Of a stretch of DNA of 64,000 nt, positions 17,822 to 25,684 are shown one piece after another (within the stretch, counting starts at the first letter, position 1; each line of letters begins with the position of its first letter). Origin of the DNA: a virus. Position numbers and translations under genes: made by a program. The notes below the pieces were generated by a model, which saw nothing but the letters and a program-made list of their open reading frames with translations, had not been told where the DNA came from and ran no database searches. The DNA lies in IMG/VR virus record IMGVR_UViG_3300045988_139374, positions 206,994-270,993 of that record; one strand, given 5' to 3'.

Positions 17822-18238
17822 ATGCTTATTAATTTTGAAAATTCTATGTTCGTCATCAAGAATGCTACTGGTACCGTTGAGCAGGGTCTCATCGGTTTCC
17901 AGGAATGTTCTGGCCATGCAGACCTTGATATTCTTGACTGCAACACTGATGAGAAACTCGGCACCGCAACTGTTGATATCGAGTGTTCTGGCATGGATGC
18001 TACTGGATATGATGGCCAGAGCATCTTCTCTATCTTCAATGGTGAAGAAGAGATTTTCCATGCCACGTTCAACAGCACGAATGGACTCGATGGATATAAC
18101 AAGTTCATCGAATCTATTGCCCTTGTGACTTGCAAGACAAATGCAAATGTCAAAGAAATGCTGGCTAATGCTGGTGAAGCTGTTAGCCGCAACACCAAAG
18201 TTCACAAGGAAACTTGGAGCTTTGGTAGCAAGCACTAA
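17822..18238 (+). CDS. hypothetical protein (G+C-rich codon usage)
   Basis: 138 codons with an AAAGGAGA RBS. Several overlapping ORFs in other frames and on the other strand are shadows. Confidence 0.8.
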   Translation: MLINFENSMFVIKNATGTVEQGLIGFQECSGHADLDILDCNTDEKLGTATVDIECSGMDATGYDGQSIFSIFNGEEEIFHATFNSTNGLDGYNKFIESIALVTCKTNANVKEMLANAGEAVSRNTKVHKETWSFGSKH

Positions 18239-18245
18239 AATAAAA

Positions 18246-18282
18246 GGGAGTGGAGAAATCTACTCCCTTTTATTTTTTTTTT
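18246..18282 (+). terminator. rho-independent terminator
   Basis: GGGAGT pairs with ACTCCC, followed by a run of about 14 T. Confidence 0.7.
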
Positions 18283-18339
18283 GATTTATTATGATCTCCG
18301 AAACTCACTAATAAAATTAGTCTAGGAGGTTATTTACTT

Positions 18340-18510
18340 ATGGATGATAAATCTAAATTTGATTGCATTTATTCTTCTATTAATGAAGATGGAAATAGAT
18401 TCTGTTTATTAACCTTCTCTGAGTGTATCCATTCTTGTGAGTTTAATAACGACTGTAAATATTGTAACGCAAAATTTAAGAAATGCAATGAGTGCGATCT
18501 TAAACTTTAA
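18340..18510 (+). CDS. 56-aa cysteine-rich small protein (not in ORF track)
   Basis: TAGGAGGT sits 9 nt before the ATG. The sequence is MDDKSKFDCIYSSINEDGNRFCLLTFSECIHSCEFNNDCKYCNAKFKKCNECDLKL, with 8 Cys arranged partly as CxxC pairs. Confidence 0.65.
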   Translation: MDDKSKFDCIYSSINEDGNRFCLLTFSECIHSCEFNNDCKYCNAKFKKCNECDLKL

Positions 18511-18543
18511 TATAATGATCTCTACAGTGAAAGGAGCTTATAT

Positions 18544-20034
18544 ATGCCAGGCGATATTAATTCAAGAGAGCAGATTAGCGAGGATGAAATCATTGATCTT
18601 ATAAATATTGATAGATTTAGACCTTCTCTAAAATGTGATCTATTTATTCCCTCTTATGTGCACTCCTTATCTGTAGCGACTGAGTTTGTGTATAACTACG
18701 TTTTGAGTAGATTTCCTCAAAATTATTTTCAGACTATTCATATTGCAGGTAAGCATCCATACGAGGATTTTCGTAGACTCCAGAAGGGTAATATACAAGT
18801 CAGAGAAAACCCTGCTGTCGCAATTTCTTACACTATTCAATATGATTATAATGATAATAATATTGATCTAAATCTACTAAGTACCAATAAGTATCTAAAA
18901 AGATCTCAGTGGCAGAGAAGCTTTTTTAAATGTCCTCATAAGGGACTATACTTAGGTATGGATCTTGAAGCTATGATGATTAATTATAACTTTAGATTCA
19001 GAGTTAATACAAAAGCTCAACAACTAGATTTGTTTAACAGGATGCGTAAAGTATTTCGTTTAGGATGCACGGAAACTATTGACATTGATTGCGACTTTCA
19101 TCTTGATAAATATCTTATTGCAGAAATGGCTAAAGAAGCTGGATTTGCGATAGATAAAGAAAATGATGAAGTTGTAGATCCTTGGAATTTTACAAGATTT
19201 TTGAATCAATATTCTCAGATGCCGATTCTCTATAAGCTAAGAGAAATTAATCAAAAATATGAGTATTTTCTAAGGATGAGAAATCTTCCTGTTCATTTGG
19301 ATTTCCAAGATGGCCTAGATGTAGATGAAGGAAATCAAATCGGAATGGTATCCAAAGATTATATTGTAGAATTCCAGATAGCTATGCGTTTTCCTGCACC
19401 ACGTACATTTGCTCTCTATAACGAGGGACACAATCGTCAGTGGATTAAGATTGAAAACGATGATGCTGTTAAGGTATTCTCTATGAAGGTCTTTGATATA
19501 CCTGAAGAGAATTATAAGCATTGGCCAATTTATGGTCATAGTAATTATCTTGCAGATGAATCTGAGAATATAGTAGAAAAAATTGATATTACAGAGCTTT
19601 TCAAAGCTCCTGTGGATATTAAAGTTGGAACTTGCTTAGATGATCTGATCCAAGATGCTATTGATCAATTTATTGATCCTAGTACATTTATTGAAATTGC
19701 TGTGTATACCAATGAACTAGCCATAGATGGAACTGGAAGATTACCTATCCAAATGGATTGGAAAAATAGAACTATTCTTTTACCAGACAATACTCCTAAC
19801 ATATATTTTTATATTGCTATCTATATCGATCGTGGTTATGTAAATAGTAAAGTAATAGAGAAAACACATGCACAGAGCAATAGAATTGTAGAAAGTAGGA
19901 TTGATTCCGATGATGAATTGGAACAGAAAGTCAGAAAGGCATATGCTCAAGATCATATAATTGAAGAAGTAAATCCTCAAACAACTACAATTCTAAAAAA
20001 AGGAAGCAAAGCTAGATTCATTGTAAATAGGTAA
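18544..20034 (+). CDS. hypothetical protein
   Basis: 496-codon ORF with an AAAGGAG RBS. Confidence 0.85.
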   Translation: MPGDINSREQISEDEIIDLINIDRFRPSLKCDLFIPSYVHSLSVATEFVYNYVLSRFPQNYFQTIHIAGKHPYEDFRRLQKGNIQVRENPAVAISYTIQYDYNDNNIDLNLLSTNKYLKRSQWQRSFFKCPHKGLYLGMDLEAMMINYNFRFRVNTKAQQLDLFNRMRKVFRLGCTETIDIDCDFHLDKYLIAEMAKEAGFAIDKENDEVVDPWNFTRFLNQYSQMPILYKLREINQKYEYFLRMRNLPVHLDFQDGLDVDEGNQIGMVSKDYIVEFQIAMRFPAPRTFALYNEGHNRQWIKIENDDAVKVFSMKVFDIPEENYKHWPIYGHSNYLADESENIVEKIDITELFKAPVDIKVGTCLDDLIQDAIDQFIDPSTFIEIAVYTNELAIDGTGRLPIQMDWKNRTILLPDNTPNIYFYIAIYIDRGYVNSKVIEKTHAQSNRIVESRIDSDDELEQKVRKAYAQDHIIEEVNPQTTTILKKGSKARFIVNR

Positions 20035-20099
20035 ACGCTTCTCATTTATTAGCTCTGGAAGAAAGCACCAATATTTTAAATATAAGGAGATTGTTCCAG

Positions 20100-20609
20100 A
20101 TGTCTATATATGAGATTTATCAACTGATTGTTGCGAATCCAGGGCGACTTGGTATTTGTATAGCTTGCATTATTGCTGTAACTAAGCTTATTAAAATAAA
20201 TCCTTTTAATGTTCAGAATCCTTTTGCTTTGCTGGGTCATGCTATTGGTACAGCTATTACTAAGGATATATCTGATCAAATAAAGGAAATGAATAAGAAA
20301 ATAGATGACAATAATAATGCAATGAAAGATCACCTTAATGCCGTGGAAAAGAAAGTTGATAAAATCGATTATCAGTTTCATGAGAATAATGCTGTTGAAG
20401 CAAGAACCAGGATTTTAAGATTTGGTGATGAAGTTAGTCATGGGAAAAATCATTCCCGTGATCATTTTCAACAAGTATTACTCGATATAACAAATTATAA
20501 TCAGTATTGTGCTGATCATAAAGAGTTTAAAAACGATATGACAAAAATTACTGCTGAAAGAATTAAAGAAGACTATATGATCAAAGATAGAGATAATAGT
20601 TTTCTTTGA
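20100..20609 (+). CDS. hypothetical protein with hydrophobic N-terminal segment
   Basis: The ATG at 20100 lies 9 nt after AAGGAGA, whereas the track ORF starts at TTG 20091. The N-terminus LIVANPGRLGICIACIIAVTKLI looks like a transmembrane helix. Confidence 0.75.
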   Translation: MSIYEIYQLIVANPGRLGICIACIIAVTKLIKINPFNVQNPFALLGHAIGTAITKDISDQIKEMNKKIDDNNNAMKDHLNAVEKKVDKIDYQFHENNAVEARTRILRFGDEVSHGKNHSRDHFQQVLLDITNYNQYCADHKEFKNDMTKITAERIKEDYMIKDRDNSFL

Positions 20610-20633
20610 GTCTTTTATAAGGAGAGATTTATT

Positions 20634-21254
20634 ATGGCTATCTTTACAAAAGAATTCATTCTTCATGAAAAGTATGTGTCTAAGTATGCTAAGTATTTGG
20701 ATGACGACGATGATAAAATGGAAGACGAAGAAGATGACAATGATGAAGAAGAGGAAGATGATGACGAAAAATCTGATTCTAACAAATCTAAGGATACTAA
20801 ATCTTCTAATAATGTAAAGAATCAGTCTAATAATAATTCATCTTCCGAAGAAAAGAAAACTCCTCAGCATTTATCCAAAGAAGAGATTCGTAGAATTATG
20901 ACTATTGCTACGTCTATCCTAATGGATTTTCCTAAACTAAAAAAGTGTTGTGATTATGTTGATCTTAACGATAAAGATCATATCAATGATGATGGTGTAC
21001 GAGAATCTTCTTTTGGTAAATATTATAATAGCTCTGCTAAAGCATTTATCGAATTAATGAATGGAGATATTTATAGTGGATATCCTGACTTTAAGGATAA
21101 AGGTAGCGAAGCATATGAAAAAGATGCTCATGCTTTTATAAAAGCTGTAAATGAAACACTTGAAAGTAGACATATTCAAGCTAAATTTTCTATTGGTTCT
21201 GATAAAGAAGACGATGCTATTAGTTTTGGAGTTAAAAGTACTAAAGAAAAATAA
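20634..21254 (+). CDS. hypothetical protein with poly-acidic and S/N-rich N-terminal half
   Basis: 206 codons with an AAGGAGAG RBS. The N-terminal half contains DDDDDKMEDEEDDNDEEEEDDDEKSDSNKS. Confidence 0.8.
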   Translation: MAIFTKEFILHEKYVSKYAKYLDDDDDKMEDEEDDNDEEEEDDDEKSDSNKSKDTKSSNNVKNQSNNNSSSEEKKTPQHLSKEEIRRIMTIATSILMDFPKLKKCCDYVDLNDKDHINDDGVRESSFGKYYNSSAKAFIELMNGDIYSGYPDFKDKGSEAYEKDAHAFIKAVNETLESRHIQAKFSIGSDKEDDAISFGVKSTKEK

Positions 21255-21262
21255 GAAAATAT

Positions 21263-21296
21263 CGGAGTAGGATTTCAATATCCTACTCCGTTTTTT
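21263..21296 (+). terminator. rho-independent terminator
   Basis: CGGAGTAGGA pairs with TCCTACTCCG, followed by TTTTTT. Confidence 0.85.
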
Positions 21297-21361
21297 AATT
21301 ATTCTTATTTTCACTTGTATAGTATAAAAGTGATAAGAAGGATAAATATATTCCTTCTTAT
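21293..21361 (+). promoter_or_regulatory. conserved promoter block plus 5' hairpin
   Basis: TTTTAATTATTCTTATTTTCACTTGTATAGTATAAAA is identical to the blocks at 35055 and 63963. The stem is ATAAGAAGGA (21333-21342) / TCCTTCTTAT (21352-21361). Confidence 0.65.
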
Positions 21362-21408
21362 AAAGAATTTTATTATATTGAAAGGTACAATATTGGAGGT
21401 ACTTTACT

Positions 21409-21771
21409 ATGTCTATTAGTAATGAGGAGTGGGAAAGATTTTGTGAAGGCATTGATAGTGGCAGTGCTCATCACGTTTACGAAATTGAAAAGCATGATTA
21501 TAATATGATTTTTACTCGTAAGGGTAAAAAATATTCTGCCATGCTTCATCGTATGATTAATCATGGCAATGCAAAATCTGGCAAGACCATGCGCCAGATT
21601 TATAGGTACTGCTATCAGTACTTGTTTGATATAGGCTTGACGCAATTTTATCCTCCTATCTTTAACCCTAGAGCGAGATACATCGTTGAGTTAGGCGATG
21701 ACAATTATTTATATATTAAGAATGTAACAAAGGATAAGAGGTATAGGACATTGTCCAATAATGAGAAATAA
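21409..21771 (+). CDS. hypothetical protein
   Basis: 120 codons with a TGGAGGT RBS. Confidence 0.8.
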   Translation: MSISNEEWERFCEGIDSGSAHHVYEIEKHDYNMIFTRKGKKYSAMLHRMINHGNAKSGKTMRQIYRYCYQYLFDIGLTQFYPPIFNPRARYIVELGDDNYLYIKNVTKDKRYRTLSNNEK

Positions 21772-21779
21772 CTGAAAAA

Positions 21780-21819
21780 GGAGTGAAGAGTAAAATCTTC
21801 ACTTCCTTTTATTTTTTTA
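21780..21819 (+). terminator. rho-independent terminator
   Basis: GTGAAG pairs with CTTCAC within GGAGTGAAGAGTAAAATCTTCACTTCC, followed by a T-run. Confidence 0.7.
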
Positions 21820-21822
21820 TAA

Positions 21823-22066
21823 TCTGACGCTTCTACTAATATTAAAAAACTTGATAATGTATATATATATATATTCAAAAGGATATGAATTAGCAGGTAC
21901 AATGATAGGATGTAATATACTAGACAGGCCAAGTATAGCCAAGAATGATTTTGTCTACATGGCATATCAAATTGAAGGTATAGTATATGCCGTATATGGA
22001 CCATATAAGTCTTCTTCGATTAACTTTACAGTGTATGGTACTAATGCAAATATACTATACATTTAA
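21823..22066 (+). pseudogene. DAS cassette A1 (family A), frame broken in an (AT)7 run
   Basis: Motif core at 21825-21835 with in-frame TAA at 21820-21822. SDASTNIKKLDNVYIYI then shifts frame inside ATATATATATATAT (21861-21874). The remainder, SKGYELAGTMIGCNIL...ANILYI-stop, aligns with A2 and A3. Confidence 0.6.
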
Positions 22067-22069
22067 TAC

Positions 22070-22402
22070 ACTGACGCTTCTAATAAAATTTTTAAAATGG
22101 ATATTAAGTCTGATACAATAATATTCGATGGATTATTTGATTATAAAAGAATATTTCTTTGGCCAGATTGCGATTTTGTTATATTATCAATTTATGATGA
22201 TAATGCTGTTATACGGCCTTTTAATGTTAATAATAATCATAAGGTACTTCTTTGGTATTCTTGGTATCATGATCATTATATGAATAATGGTGAAGATGCA
22301 ATAGGCACTGCAATAGATCTTTTATTTTCACAAAATTATGAAAATTATTCTCATACATTTCAAGAAATCAATACAATTATTTATTATAAGAACAAGAATT
22401 AA
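22070..22402 (+). other. start-less DAS cassette B1 (family B)
   Basis: Motif core at 22072-22082. TDASNKIFKMDIKS...LLWYSWYHDHY...INTIIYYKNKN-stop is in the same frame as A1, separated by the TAA at 22064-22066. Confidence 0.6.
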
Positions 22403-22408
22403 GATTAG

Positions 22409-22714
22409 TATGACGCTTCTAATAAAATCTATAAAACGGAAATTAGTTGTGGATATAAATCATTTAAGCAAGTAGTAGATTATATAAAGATAGGCGATAT
22501 AAGTGATTTTGTTATTCCAATATCAATATATAAAAAATCTGCAGATATACGTCCTATGAGTAATTCTACTGGAGCAGATGCACTTCTTTGGTATTCTTGG
22601 TATTATACTGAAAATAAAACTAGTATATTTCTTTTATATACTACCAAAGCTACTTCTACGAATTATTCATTTCAAGAACTTAATACGATTGTATATTATA
22701 TTCTACCAATCTGA
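22409..22714 (+). other. start-less DAS cassette B2 (family B, 101 codons)
   Basis: Motif core at 22411-22421. YDASNKIYKTEISCG...ISDFVIPISIYKKSADI...LLWYSWYY...NTIVYYILPI ends on the TGA that is part of the next motif copy (22712-22714). Confidence 0.65.
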
Positions 22715-22955
22715 CGCTTCTATAAAGAAGCTTAATAATATTTATATTGCTTATGATGTTGGGTATGAATTAAATGGTACAATGATAGGATATAATATAT
22801 TAACAGTTCCAAATAATTTTGTCATCAATGACAAATATAATTATATTGGAGCGTTTCAGTATAAAGATAAAATATATGCTATATATGGATACACTGTGAT
22901 CAACGGATTTACTCTTACCAGATATAATAGCTATGCTAATATAGTATATATTTAA
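22710..22955 (+). other. start-less DAS cassette A2 (family A, 81 codons)
   Basis: Motif core at 22712-22722. The ORF reads SDASIKKLNNIYIAYDVGYELNGTMIGYNIL...YANIVYI-stop. Confidence 0.65.
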
Positions 22956-22956
22956 G

Positions 22957-23247
22957 TCTAATGACGCTTCTATTAAACATCTTAGTTTTGCCTGTGATAC
23001 TGTTACATTTGTTGCTATGATAGGTTTTAGAAAGATATATAATACATATAATAGTATTATATATCCGATATCTATATATACTACAGATCGTATACTTCCT
23101 GCTACTGATGGAGAAGACATAATTGTCCCAATATTTGCATGGTATAATTATAGTAACAATACTAGCATTTATCTATGCTTATTTCAGACAGAGCTGCATA
23201 CAACTGTAATGAATAATTTTACAACACATGTTTATTATATAAAATAA
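22957..23247 (+). other. start-less DAS cassette B3 (family B, divergent)
   Basis: Motif core at 22962-22972. The ORF reads SNDASIKHLSFACDTV...YPISIYTTDR...IFAWYNYSNNTSIY...THVYYIK-stop. Confidence 0.6.
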
Positions 23248-23251
23248 TTAA

Positions 23252-23476
23252 TCTAATGACGCTTCTATAAAAAAGCTTAGTAATATTTATATTAATACTT
23301 TTAATGGATATCCATTAAATGGCACAATGATAGGATGCGATATATTAGATAGTCCAAATTGGATGTTTAATTATATTACAGCATATCAATATAAAGGTAA
23401 AATATATGTTACATCATGGGCATCTGGCAGCGATTTTCAAAGTTTTAATAGCCATGCAAATATTGTATATATTTAA
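23252..23476 (+). other. start-less DAS cassette A3 (family A, 74 codons)
   Basis: Motif core at 23257-23267. The ORF reads SNDASIKKLSNIYINTFNGYPLNGTMIGCDIL...HANIVYI-stop. Confidence 0.65.
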
Positions 23477-23607
23477 TTTATTTACACATCTGGTGCATTA
23501 AAGCTAAAATAACATCTCAGTAAGGTATCCAATTTTGGTGCTGATTGGATATCTGTCCAATATCACTTAGGCGATGTTGGTAGGCATAATATTTTCTCCA
23601 AAAAGAT

Positions 23608-23643
23608 CGGTAGGAAGTTTAAACTTCCTACCGGTTTTTATTT
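23608..23643. terminator. bidirectional terminator hairpin
   Basis: CGGTAGGAAGT pairs with ACTTCCTACCG and is flanked by AAAA and TTTTT. It sits just downstream of the minus-strand gene ending at 23644. Confidence 0.85.
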
Positions 23644-24390
23644 TTAGTTATCTCGTTCTATTCTCTTAGCATGCTTTTCAAGCGTATAAGGATTATAGTA
23701 ATTTTCATCAATTAGATTACTATGAATATTAGCACCAATTAGATATACGTTCATAGCATTCTTAGGAATACTATCTGTCTTTTCAGAATCAATGTCATCA
23801 AAGCTAACTTCACCTTTGACATTGATAGTATTATAAGCTTCAGCTTTAGCTTTCATAGCAGCAGCTTTAACACGAGCATACTCAGCAGTAGTGTTCTCTA
23901 GATTCAACGCCATCGCACCCTCGAATTCTTTATTTGACTCTAGGCCACCTTTATCGGTACTCTGAAGGCGTCCTGTTAGTTTCATATCGCGTTTAGCAAT
24001 TTCAATAGCAGTATTATTCTTCTTAGTAAGCATCTGCTTTAGACGCTTAATATTTAGATACCCTACTAGACATTCTTTACTCTCGATAGGTTTGCCAGTT
24101 ACAGGATCTGTAGCTAGATAAGGAAGCTTAACTTTTTCCATTAGAGGCTTATTAAGAACTTTAAAAGCCTTAAATATATCAGGCATCTTAGGCTCGTTAT
24201 CAAAAGGAGCCACATGGTATCTAAAAGGAAGTCTACCAGAAATTAGCTTAGTAAATTCTGCATCAGACATATCTGCAAATAGCTTCTGATAATACTCAGT
24301 ATTAGCACCAGTAGGATCAATTGCAGAAAATGTTTTATAAATAAGCTCTTCACATTTTTGACGAGTTTCAGGAGTTATAGTTTTAGGCAT
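23644..24390 (-). CDS. possible RNAP beta-subunit C-terminal fragment (very divergent)
   Basis: 248 codons. ECLVGYLNIKRLKQMLTKK...GGLESNKEFEGAMAL is colinear with bacterial beta IGYMYMLKLNHLVDDK...GGQRFGEMEVWAL. The E. coli sequence is recalled from memory and the similarity is weak. Confidence 0.3.
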   Translation of the reverse strand: MPKTITPETRQKCEELIYKTFSAIDPTGANTEYYQKLFADMSDAEFTKLISGRLPFRYHVAPFDNEPKMPDIFKAFKVLNKPLMEKVKLPYLATDPVTGKPIESKECLVGYLNIKRLKQMLTKKNNTAIEIAKRDMKLTGRLQSTDKGGLESNKEFEGAMALNLENTTAEYARVKAAAMKAKAEAYNTINVKGEVSFDDIDSEKTDSIPKNAMNVYLIGANIHSNLIDENYYNPYTLEKHAKRIERDN

Positions 24391-24403
24391 AATTCATTAC
24401 TCC

Positions 24404-25600
24404 TTAAGATTGTTTATTGGCTACATTAACAGTGATTGCAATATAGCCAAGAATGGATTTATAATAATTATTTTTTGTAGCTTGCGTTTTAATATTTTGG
24501 TATCTTTCACTAGTATTAAGCCAATTAAGAATAATATTTTTCATTTCAATAATATTCTTATCTTTAGTATTGGGTTTCATAGCAATACTATTAGCAATAA
24601 ATTTAGGTCCAGTCATATCCTTTTCATCTGGATATTTAGTATGGAAATCTGTTAGTAGAGTATTGATAACAGTTCTAAGATCATTTAGCCGTGCATTACT
24701 ATTAAGAATATTTTCCATGATAGCTTTGATTTCATAAGGATCTACTCCTGTACTAGATACACTATAACAGACATTAATACTAATTTGAGTACTAGTAAAA
24801 TATGTCATCGCTTTTTCTGTAATAGCAGATATTACAGTAGAATCATTATTAGCAATTCTATAATCTTCTTTATCATAATTATCAGATTCTTTATTTAGAT
24901 AAAGCTTATTATCATATGCTTTATAATAAGGAACCGAAATATTCTTTAGAAATGCTAGAATTCTATTATGCAGCTGATGAATAATATAGCAAACTCTTTC
25001 ATCTGTAATGTCAGACATTAGTTCATCTTTATATGCTTCTAACCAAGTCATAGTCAGACTTCTAATAGCACCAAATACACTCTTCTGTTTAATAAGATCA
25101 TATTTCTGAGAAAGCATATAATTGATGACATAATCCATAACTTCTCGCTTAGGTAAGCTATGAGGCCATAGTTTATAATGGCATGATGCATAGAATTTAC
25201 CAGAGAAAGAAATATATACAGCACATAGTTCAATAAGTTTTTGATCTTTTTTATTGCTCAATAACCATCTTAGAACCATAAAAGCTGTAAGAGAAAATTC
25301 ATCTTTACATGCTTGGAGTTCATCATCTTTCCAATAATATAACTGAGGTAGAATATTAGTAACAGTTTTTTGATTTACATTAATACTCTTAAAGAAATCA
25401 TTAACGTCACTCTTCTTAAAGAAAATTCTATCTACAGGAGCATAATCATATAGACTAGCTTGTCTACTATGAATAAATCTTTCAATACAAGATTTTAATG
25501 CACTACATTTACTACCCATAGTAGCTTCTACAAGAGGATAAATTTGATCTATAATAACAGTATCTTCTATGAGATATTGCTTTTTGGAAACTTTAGCCAT
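24404..25600 (-). CDS. hypothetical protein (same operon as 23644-24390)
   Basis: 398-codon ORF with an AGGAGGAG RBS. Confidence 0.85.
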   Translation of the reverse strand: MAKVSKKQYLIEDTVIIDQIYPLVEATMGSKCSALKSCIERFIHSRQASLYDYAPVDRIFFKKSDVNDFFKSINVNQKTVTNILPQLYYWKDDELQACKDEFSLTAFMVLRWLLSNKKDQKLIELCAVYISFSGKFYASCHYKLWPHSLPKREVMDYVINYMLSQKYDLIKQKSVFGAIRSLTMTWLEAYKDELMSDITDERVCYIIHQLHNRILAFLKNISVPYYKAYDNKLYLNKESDNYDKEDYRIANNDSTVISAITEKAMTYFTSTQISINVCYSVSSTGVDPYEIKAIMENILNSNARLNDLRTVINTLLTDFHTKYPDEKDMTGPKFIANSIAMKPNTKDKNIIEMKNIILNWLNTSERYQNIKTQATKNNYYKSILGYIAITVNVANKQS

Positions 25601-25603
25601 CTT

Positions 25604-25684
25604 CTATCTCCTCCTTATAATTTTATAAGGATGTTTTGGTAAGTCAAAACATATAGATAAAATGGTAGATAAGATTTTCATCAT
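25604..25684 (-). CDS. candidate 26-aa upstream small ORF / leader peptide
   Basis: AAGGAGAG lies 10 nt before the ATG at 25684. The peptide is MMKILSTILSICFDLPKHPYKIIRRR, and its stop falls inside the RBS of the 24404-25600 gene. Confidence 0.3.
   Translation of the reverse strand: MMKILSTILSICFDLPKHPYKIIRRR

Noticed and set aside
20031-20044. Partial motif AAACGCTTCTCA right after the stop of 18544-20034, as a possible expression-site junction
   Set aside because: Only 8 contiguous matches (ACGCTTCT), which is plausible by chance in 128 kb of two-strand sequence. It is in the wrong register relative to the ORF, and no open frame follows.
22578-22955. Track ORFs 22578-22955, 63429-63752, 63652-63984, 2608-2820 and 21851-22066 as conventional genes with the listed Met starts
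   Set aside because: Their N-terminal parts are the +1 frame of the preceding cassette or lie in spacer or promoter sequence. The starts lack SD sequences (several are TTG or GTG artefacts), and homology between paralogues begins exactly at the motif rather than at those starts.
21821-23476. Could the motif arrays be CRISPR arrays?
   Set aside because: The repeat is only 11 to 15 nt and has no dyad symmetry. Spacing is irregular (about 250 to 340 nt here and up to about 900 nt elsewhere). The spacers are long open reading frames that form paralogous families, and copies occur on both strands at five loci.
21821-23476. Diversity-generating retroelement (TR/VR) or integron-like attC cassettes
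   Set aside because: There is no reverse transcriptase or integrase in the window. Paralogue differences are not adenine-specific and span whole units. The inter-unit spacers (0 to 20 nt) are far too short for attC sites, and the units lack their own starts.
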